DNA from: Octopus bimaculoides
Lineage: Eukaryota
Assembly: GCF_001194135.2 (NCBI RefSeq)
Contig: NC_068987.1
Location: forward strand, 30,791,068 to 30,855,067
DNA length: 64,000 bases
Direction: 5' to 3'
Below, in pieces: positions 57,501 to 64,000 of the stretch (positions are counted from its first letter, which is position 1; the number at the start of each line of letters is the position of its first letter). The translations under genes were made by a program, and so were the position numbers. Under the pieces are notes generated by a model. The model was given only the letters and a program-made list of their open reading frames with translations, was not told where the DNA came from and did no database searches.

Positions 57501-60500
57501 TTTAATCAATGGACATAGATATTTATAACGTCTGTACGTAAATTTTTTTTATATATATATATTTACTCTTGTTTTAGTCATTATAGGGTGCATTTTTGGA
57601 AACAGTTGAGGGTTGATGGCAAAAGGAAGGGCATCCAGTTGTAGAGAATCTGCCTCAGCAAATTCCATCTGACCCTTACAAGCATAAAAAGTGGATGTTA
57701 AAACAATGGGGTGTGTGTGTGTTTTACGTAGTTTGAATATTTTATTTGAGAGAAAACTGATGATCTCTCTACACACCCCTTACATCCTTGAGAGCTCCCA
57801 ATGCTCCCAGTGGGGTACTACTATCCTCAGGCTAAGAACCACTGGTTTAGCTATTTCTACTACACTAAAAAAGATTTATTATGAATAGGTCATTAAAAAT
57901 ATGTGCTGTTAATAAATCGTTCTTTCTTATATATAATTTCTTCTTCCAACATGTCATTCTTTATTTGACACTATTAAAATGTGAAAATGTTGAAGCTCCA
58001 GTTTGTCTCCCTTATCGTTTCCTTATCTGAAAAACAGATATTTTTTCTTGATGGCTATTCTCACACTTTACACATCTTACAAAGAGAAAGGAATATTTCT
58101 CGTGGCACTACAGAAAGACCCTGCCGGTGTTGATCCGGACAATGTGTTGACCATTTCATCTTATCTCAAAAAGTTAGTGTGTTGTTATTTTAATACATTT
58201 CCTAATATAGGATCTCTTGTTAATGTTTACCAACATCTTATCTATCTGTGTGTTGAATTAACGTTATTGTTTTGAAGCAAGTTTAAAAATAACATTGGAC
58301 TATTTACTGATAGGAGGACTCAGTACTGAAAGAGTCAAACTTATAAAATCCATATTGACTTGGATTTCAGTTTCACCTTACTGCTTATTGCTGCACTTGT
58401 CAACAATTATTTTATGACATTTATATAATAAATTATATATATATATATATATATNNNNNNNNNNNNNNNNNNNNNNNNNNNNNNNNNNNNNNNNNNNNNN
58501 NNNNNNNNNNNNNNNNNNNNNNNNNNNNNNNNNNNNNNNNNNNNNNNNNNNNNNNNNNNNNNNNNNNNNNNNNNNNNNNNNNNNNNNNNNNNNNNNNNNN
58601 NNNNNNNNNNNNNNNNNNNNNNNNNNNNNNNNNNNNNNNNNNNNNNNNNNNNNNNNNNNNNNNNNNNNNNNNNNNNNNNNNNNNNNNNNNNNNNNNNNNN
58701 NNNNNNNNNNNCCAATGGTGTGTTTACGTCCCTGTAACTTCGTGGTTCGGCAAAAGAGACTGATAGAATAAGTACTAGGCTTACTTTGTTCGACTAAAGG
58801 CGGTGCTCCTGCATGGCCGTAGTCAAATGACTGAAACAAATAAAAGAATACATTTTATTAAAGCTGAAAAATTATCACAGAACTGTTTCAGTTTCTGTTT
58901 GTTGGACAGTTGTGATAAAATTGTGTACATTTGTGATTGCATATGTACAATCACAATTTTACTTCAGTTCCTGTCCAGCAAACAGGAACGTGAAACTCTG
59001 AGTAACAGTTCTGTGATAATTTTGCAGCTTTAATAAAAAGTATATTACTCTACCATTGGCATTTGAGTACTATTTTTGCCACTTTGTTTTACACTTAGGT
59101 GCTCACATGTAAAAAAAATATATATACATGCCCAAAGCCACACTAATAGCTTTGGAGTGAAATTTAGGATCGATTTTCATAAAACTTTTCTGAGCTGGTT
59201 TGTACACTATGGCAACACCATTATTATGTTTTCAATATTCTGTGTAACATCCTTTATTTTTATTTCAGATTCTTCAGTTTTTGGATGAACCACGCTAATA
59301 GCTTTTGAATGAAAATAGCCCTTCTAGACATTTTTTTCTGAAAATGAAGGGTAATGATACAGATTAAGCATACATTCAGTATATAACAGAAAACCGTTAT
59401 TATAATATAACATTTATTGACATAATGAATTCTATAGCCACATGGGTGCCAAGACTGACAGTTAGAGATTTAAGGAATATTGGCCACAAGTTAGGTAGGA
59501 AACCTGGACAAACAAGCAAAGATATTTTCACCACCGCTGGACTTCCTCATGTACCGAAAACCACCAGAAATCGCATTCTTAGGTCCATGACTTCGATGCA
59601 AGAGCCCTTGAAACTGCCTCCTTTAACACTTCATCACAGGAGTTTGGGGTTTCAATGGGCCCAAAAGTACATGACGTTAGACGTAAGTTGTGTTCTGTTC
59701 ACTGATGAAACCAGGGTAACCTTGATGGACCTGACAGTTGGGCAAATGTTTTTGGAGGTGAGCATCACCAACATTTATAACATCAACAAGAAAGTGGAGG
59801 AGTCATGTTGTGGGGTAGTATCATTGGGGACAAATTTGTTGGCCCACTCAGGGTACCTGAAGAGGTTAGAGTGACCACAGCCACCCACAGCAATCTCCTG
59901 AAGGAGGTCTTGGATCCCTGGCTAGAAGACATACTCCTGTCACTTCTAAAGAATCTCATATTCATGCATGACAACGCTTCCTCCCACTCTGTTAGGACCA
60001 CCCAAACATTTCTAGGGTCTTACAGCATACAAGGTGAAAGGTTGATGGTGTGACTGACATCATCTCCAGATCTCAGCCCTGTTGAAAATCTTTGGTCTGT
60101 CATTAGACAAGATGTTTATGCCAATGGACACCAGTTTACATCAAAAGATGTCTTATGGGAGACCATCAAAGCTGCAGCAGAGGCAGTCTAACTTGCTACT
60201 ATTAAGAAATTGACAGATTCCATGACTAATAGAATTTTTAAAGTTATCTGTCGAAATGGCACTCGTGGCTAAATTATTCATTATGTCAAATGTTATAACA
60301 TTATTATGGTTTTCTGTTAAATATATACTCAATGTATGCTTATTATGTATCATTACCCTTCATTTTCTGAAAAAAAAATGTCTAGATGGGCTATTTTCAT
60401 TCAAAAGCTATTAGTGTGGTTCATCCAAAAACTGAAGAATCTGAAATCAAAAAGAAAGGATGATATACAAAATAATGAAAACATAACAACAGTGTGTCCA

Positions 60501-61046
60501 TAGTGTGCTGCAGTTTTCTATTATTATCTCCTTCAGCATGCAGCAATGAATCAATGAAAGTGCAGTATGACAGTCTGATCATGTAACTATGTGGCTACTT
60601 ACCATAAGTCAGTAATTCTTATCCAGTGTACTCTCAGTAATAATACTGTGTAAGTGATAAATGTATTTCTGAGGTTAAATTCGAGCAGTATTATGGGTTG
60701 GATAAAGAGGGACTTGGCCAGACAGATTTGCCATAGGAAAATCTTTTAATGTGTTTTGTGGCCAAAGAACTTCTTGAAATATTTGTATTATGGTATTAAT
60801 TAGGGTTTTTTTCTTCTTCATAATTATTGGCTGATTTCACTGATTCCTTGTTTGTCTTACAGATATGACGATGTATACCAACTCATGGTTGATTACGAAA
60901 ATGGTGTAAAAGGTTGCTCCCGGTCTGGAACCTTAAAGCATTCTGTGGCGAAATACTTTGATGAAAATGGTGTTCTATGTTACAATGTTTACAAATCTGA
61001 ATTGAAAAATCTCGTTGACAAATTACTTACTAAAAAAGATGACTGA
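44649..61046 (+). CDS. SPCS2: Signal peptidase complex subunit 2 (SPC25 family), complete spliced gene, 5 coding exons, 198 aa
   Basis: Join 44649-44681, 48571-48654, 51271-51431, 58038-58172, 60863-61046 = 597 nt, open. Motifs [53 protein letters not shown] and KDP.G.DPD match SPCS2. Confidence 0.95.
46977..47173. mobile_element. Mariner-derived MITE
   Basis: TGAGGGGGTGATGAAAAGTTCCTGG ... CCAGGAACTTTCAGCCTCCCCTGTA terminal inverted repeats. Confidence 0.7.
48571..48654 (+). CDS. SPCS2: SPCS2 exon 2 (84 nt, [28 protein letters not shown])
   Basis: TTTTTAG| acceptor, AAG|GTATGT donor. Confidence 0.96.
50708..51100 (-). mobile_element. tRNA-derived SINE family A, young copy
   Basis: Full-length match to the family at 35438-35923. 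Confidence 0.9.
51271..51431 (+). CDS. SPCS2: SPCS2 exon 3 (161 nt, [11 protein letters not shown]...PVLIVCVL; first TM helix)
   Basis: Long poly-Y TTCTAG| acceptor; ends at the U12-type donor TC|GTATCCTTT. Confidence 0.95.
52765..53689 (-). mobile_element. Mariner transposon, frameshifted transposase; 3' part lost in a gap
   Basis: Translated pieces [25 protein letters not shown]..., [30 protein letters not shown]. Confidence 0.92.
53758..54192 (+). mobile_element. RTE LINE 3' end (last codons [16 protein letters not shown], internally repeated 3' UTR, (GAT)n)
   Basis: Near-identical to 55096-55439 in inverted orientation, including a shared derived deletion (GCCGTTTTCGTGC). Confidence 0.88.
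54193..54342 (-). mobile_element. Probable Penelope-like element terminal fragment carrying the hammerhead motif
   Basis: Inferred from the minimal hammerhead with palindromic helix III and the adjacent inverted terminal duplication, both typical of Penelope-like element ends. No RT or GIY-YIG coding sequence seen. Confidence 0.45.
54285..54335 (-). ncRNA. Minimal type-I hammerhead-ribozyme-like motif with G3:C8 variant core
   Basis: Minus strand reads TTTGTCA GTGATCA G GTCGC gatctcaaa GCGAC GAA AATATT T TGACAAA = stem I / core / extra G / stem II / GAA / palindromic helix III / cleavage triplet UUU / stem I. Hand-folded; activity untested. Confidence 0.55.
54297..54389. repeat. Perfect 46-bp inverted repeat with 1-nt spacer
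   Basis: 54297-54342 is the exact reverse complement of 54344-54389 (checked base by base). Confidence 0.97.
55096..56420 (-). mobile_element. 5'-truncated RTE-clade LINE spanning a gap (ORF2 post-RT region, 3' UTR, (GAT)n tail)
   Basis: 56420-56044 translates [28 protein letters not shown]...[27 protein letters not shown]...CGRC...[13 protein letters not shown]. 55439-55096 is the common 3' end; the 604-N gap is about the size of the missing ORF end. Confidence 0.85.
56550..56900 (-). mobile_element. Helitron PIF1-helicase C-terminal fragment
   Basis: IEANILTG...VFIPCIPII...[31 protein letters not shown] matches the Helitron FAMSINKSQGQ region. Confidence 0.85.
58038..58172 (+). CDS. SPCS2: SPCS2 exon 4 (135 nt, [44 protein letters not shown])
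   Basis: Purine-rich GAAAAACAG| acceptor after a U12 branch site; AA|GTTAGT donor. Confidence 0.95.
58853..59038. mobile_element. Fold-back MITE-like element
   Basis: 35-bp terminal arms with 1 mismatch (TTTTATTAAAGCTGAAAAATTATCACAGAACTGTT), plus inner imperfect arms. Confidence 0.7.
59205..60505 (+). mobile_element. Decayed DD37E (TRT-like) Tc1 transposon with about 245-bp inverted ends
   Basis: [22 protein letters not shown]...[11 protein letters not shown] with 37 residues between D and E. 59205-59450 is the reverse complement of about 60255-60505. Confidence 0.85.
60863..61046 (+). CDS. SPCS2: SPCS2 exon 5 (184 nt, YDDVYQL...[12 protein letters not shown]...KKDD*)
   Basis: TTTGTCTTACAG| acceptor; TGA at 61044-61046; matches human FDDKYTL...SIAKFFDHSGTL. 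Confidence 0.95.
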
Positions 61047-61115
61047 TTCTTTTAGTAATGATTGTCTTCATTCACTTCTTGAAATTGTAAAGTTTGACAT
61101 TGGTGAAATGAGAAA

Positions 61116-61121
61116 AATAAA
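61116..61121 (+). terminator. Candidate SPCS2 polyadenylation signal AATAAA
   Basis: AATAAA 70 nt after the stop codon, followed by a GT/T-rich downstream stretch. Confidence 0.55.
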
Positions 61122-62039
61122 TGTGAAACTGTAGTTGTTGCTTATATTTTAGTGTTATTTCTTTCAAATTGGACTTGATTGATCATCATCACCCTTGTTT
61201 AACGTCTGATTTCCATGCTGACATGGGTTGGACGGTTTGACAGAAGCTGAAGGACTGTTCAGGCTCTTTTCTCTTTTAAAGATGAGTATGATTTGAGGGA
61301 GGCCTTGCTGCCATTTCTAGCAGTTTCAGCAACCGCATAGATGTTTCCCTTGCTACATTGGAGTATTCTTGTGCTTAATAGTTGGTACTGTTTTGAGCAC
61401 CGCTACTATCATCCTCACTCAGATATATTATTTAAAAAAAAAAATCAAAGAAGTTTACTCTGCAATTTTGTATTTTTAGCTTCAGTCCCACCTAGAAATG
61501 TATGGAAGCCTCAGAGGGAAACTTAATTTGTCCTCCAGTTTAACATCACCATATGTTCCTTGGATGTTTTACTGAAGTCCACTCTAACACAGGTATTCAG
61601 GTCAGGTCATTGGATTCCTAGCTGCCTTGAAAAATCTGAAAAGTGCCATGGATGCTGCCCTTGTCCCTGTCAGCCATTACAACAAAAAATCAGCTGGATA
61701 CAAGAAAAATCAGATGTGTATTAAAGAGTAGTCTGTATTTGTGTAGACATGTGATGTGTATGGAGGATGTCAATTGTATAAAGAAATACTGAGCGCTTGG
61801 AAATATGGGTAGAGAGAGATATCCAGATGGTTGTTGTGCTACACTGAAAGGATCAGGCAAAATTTGAGTCCAGGGTCAGGAGGAATGGAAGAAACTTAGA
61901 GAAGACTAGCAGAGATATCCAGCATTGCTTGGGATTGAAATGGCATAGTTTGTATATATATTACAGTTATGTTGAAACAGGTGATACAGGAAAGTGCAGC
62001 ATTGACTAAACATTTGTAAATGATGGACTAATTCGACTG

Positions 62040-62950
62040 AGCAACATATTATGTGTCTGTTTGGAGTATTCTAGGCCCTAGTCTGTCATGGAAAATTGAG
62101 GGTGGGGTGTATGTGATTTTTGAATGCACCGAAAAGCTGTCAGTGGATATATTCTACTTTGCGGCAGTTAGTTCTGTATCTAACATGACACATCGTCTGA
62201 AGTTTTGATACCTCCTTTGGATTTGTTGTCCTACATCACTCATAAAGTAAATTTGGAGGAACTGTGGTCGTTCATTTGTGAGTAACAGGAAATCAATGAA
62301 GTCATAGCTTTGCCCTTGAATTTAGAACATCGGCACAAGTCCATGTTCAATTATCTCCTTAGATGCACCAAATGATGTCATTTGAAATGCAGAATTGTAT
62401 TGTGTGATACTGTTCAGAAAATCCTTTGACTAGATGGAAGTGCCTTCCAGAAGATCCATAAGAAGCTGAGGAGGAGCTAGTAGTTTTGGCAGTCTTACCT
62501 TACCACCTGAGCAGCACATGCCATTAGTTTCATTTGGAAATGTTAAACCTTTGCAGAAACAACAATTTGAGTTTAGCACTCCTATTTGGACAAAATTATC
62601 ATTTTTATAAGAATGAGATGGATCATGTCTGAAAGCAGCTCCAGGAACTGAAGAATAAATATGTATGTAGCCTGTTTCTGAGAGCTATTTTAATGGACCT
62701 CTGTCTAATCATTAAAACATTAAGTACTGCAGCATGCCTTTGCTGATCTTGGGAAAGTCTCATCTCGCTTTTGTCTTGAGACTCCATTTGACATGCTACA
62801 GCATGCATTTGCTGATCTTGGGTAAGTCTCATCTCCCTTCTGTATTGACATGCTGCAGCATTCATTTACTGATCATAGGAAAGTTTCATCTCCCTTCTCT
62901 CTTGAGACTCTGACGTTCAGTTTTCTACAATCCTCCTTGCTTAATACTTG
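62040..62950 (-). mobile_element. Helitron Rep N-terminal fragment
   Basis: Minus translation VQIG...CCFCKG..FPNETNGMCCSGGK...PKL..PPQLL..LLEG...SKDFLNSITQYNSAFQMTSFGA; preceded by 57-69-nt repeats encoding RL.QDQQ.HA (about 62727-62912). Confidence 0.82.
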
Positions 62951-63465
62951 TTTCTGGAGAGATAATGTCTTTTCTTTGGTGGCATATTTTTATCAATATT
63001 GTGAACAAAAATTATGAACATAGGAAAAATTATACATTAATCTCTATTTTTGTAAGCAGCTGCATGTATGTAGTATGTCTTTATTTCTGTATGCAGCATA
63101 AATTAACCAATTATAAGCAAATTAACCAAATAGAAGCACATGTACGAACTGCTAATTTTCTTTAGAAATAAGATGATCTTAGTGTTATCATGTTAGAATT
63201 AAAATTGAAACAATAAAAGTGAAACAATATCATAGTCTTATCACATTATTTAGTTGTGCATTATCTTGCAGCTTCAAAATTTCAAAGATGCGATTGTTTA
63301 TTTTTAGAATGACAGTGTAAGGATGGTGTGTGAGGGGACAGATCCAGCTGGTTTGAACCTGAACATGAAACAGGTAGAATAATTTGGCTGAATATGGCAG
63401 TTTAAATGCTAAAGGGTAAAGGCAACAATACAGTGAGTTACATTAAGTATGATGATAGGACAAGT

Positions 63466-63856
63466 GGAGGCGCAATGGCCCAGTGGTTAGGGCAGCGGAC
63501 TCACGGTCATAGGATAATGGTTTTGATTCCCAGACCGGACGTTGTGAGTGTTTATTGAAGGAAAACACCTAAAAGCTCCACGAGGCTCCGGCAGGGGATG
63601 GTGGTGACCCCTGCTGTACTCTTTCACCACAACTTTCTCTCTCTCTTACTTCCTGTTTCTGTTGTGCCTGTAATTCAAAGGGGTCAGCCTTGTCACACTG
63701 TGTCACGCTGAATATCTCCGAGAACTACGTTAAGGGTACACGTGTCTGTGGAGTGCTCAGCCACTTGCACGTTAATTTCACGAGCAGGCTGTTCCGTTGA
63801 TCGGATCAACTGGAACCCTCGACGTCGTAAGCGACGGAGTGCCAACAACAACAACA
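63466..63856 (+). mobile_element. tRNA-derived SINE family D with 14-bp target-site duplication
   Basis: GGCGCAATGGCCCAGTGGTTAGG head, GGTTTTGATTCC B box, (CAA)n tail; TSD ATGATAGGACAAGT at 63452-63465 and 63857-63870. Confidence 0.92.
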
Positions 63857-64000
63857 ATGATAGGACAAGTTAATAGGGATGTCATCAGAACAGCAACTGA
63901 AAAGTTATGGGTATGAACCTCATACAATCTTTTTATTTTTAACATTTATTTATTTATGTGTAATGCAAACATTAAAACTGTAAGCTATAGATTCATCAAA

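Larger units (their letters stand above)
51432..58037 (+). other. SPCS2: U12-type (minor spliceosome) GT-AG intron, SPCS2 intron 3, 6606 nt
   Basis: 5' splice site GTATCCTTT (51432-51440) equals the U12 consensus. Branch-like TTTCCTTATC at 58018-58027, 12 nt before the AG, with a second copy CTCCCTTATC at 58007-58016. No polypyrimidine tract. Confidence 0.93.

Noticed and set aside
56550-62950. Two co-oriented Helitron fragments in N-to-C order bracketing SPCS2 exons 4-5, suggesting one Helitron that captured exons
   Set aside because: Exons 4-5 belong to an intact gene with an ancestral intron position, and no Helitron termini or middle domains were found; independent insertions are more parsimonious.
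63466-63550. tRNA-like heads with A and B boxes (also 6163, 29238, 33957, 35923)
   Set aside because: They are SINE heads followed by family-specific bodies and TSDs; no complete cloverleaf, so not called tRNA genes.

Overview
AT-rich, repeat-dense draft animal genomic DNA with 13 N-gaps. The SINE/LINE/MITE content suggests an octopus (coleoid cephalopod); this is an inference from recalled repeat families, not a database result. Two complete spliced genes sit head-to-head around a CpG-retaining region at about 43-45 kb. IFT81 is on the minus strand (14 coding exons, 40312->4110, 2049 nt, 682 aa). SPCS2 is on the plus strand (5 coding exons, 44649->61046, 597 nt, 198 aa). All exons were assembled by hand, with consistent phases and GT-AG boundaries. 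SPCS2 intron 3 (51432-58037) is a minor-spliceosome (U12-type) intron, with a GTATCCTTT donor and a duplicated, non-consensus branch site. The rest is mobile DNA: three tRNA-derived SINE families, many 3' ends of an RTE LINE (one copy encodes a PHD-like C4HC3 finger), Dong/R4-like LINE pieces, mariner, DD37D and DD37E Tc1/mariner relics, piggyBac- and Tc1/pogo-type MITEs, and Helitron fragments. The most novel-looking signals are two minimal type-I hammerhead-ribozyme-like folds in probable Penelope-like element termini. One (54285-54335, minus) has a compensatory G3:C8 core swap and is partly embedded in a perfect 46-bp palindrome. The other (6344-6383, plus) has a GUC site and a palindromic helix III. 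Both are antisense to their host pre-mRNA, while a decayed copy lies in the sense orientation. Several long, near-perfect hairpins are also present. Most short ORFs in the supplied track are repeat- or N-derived noise.
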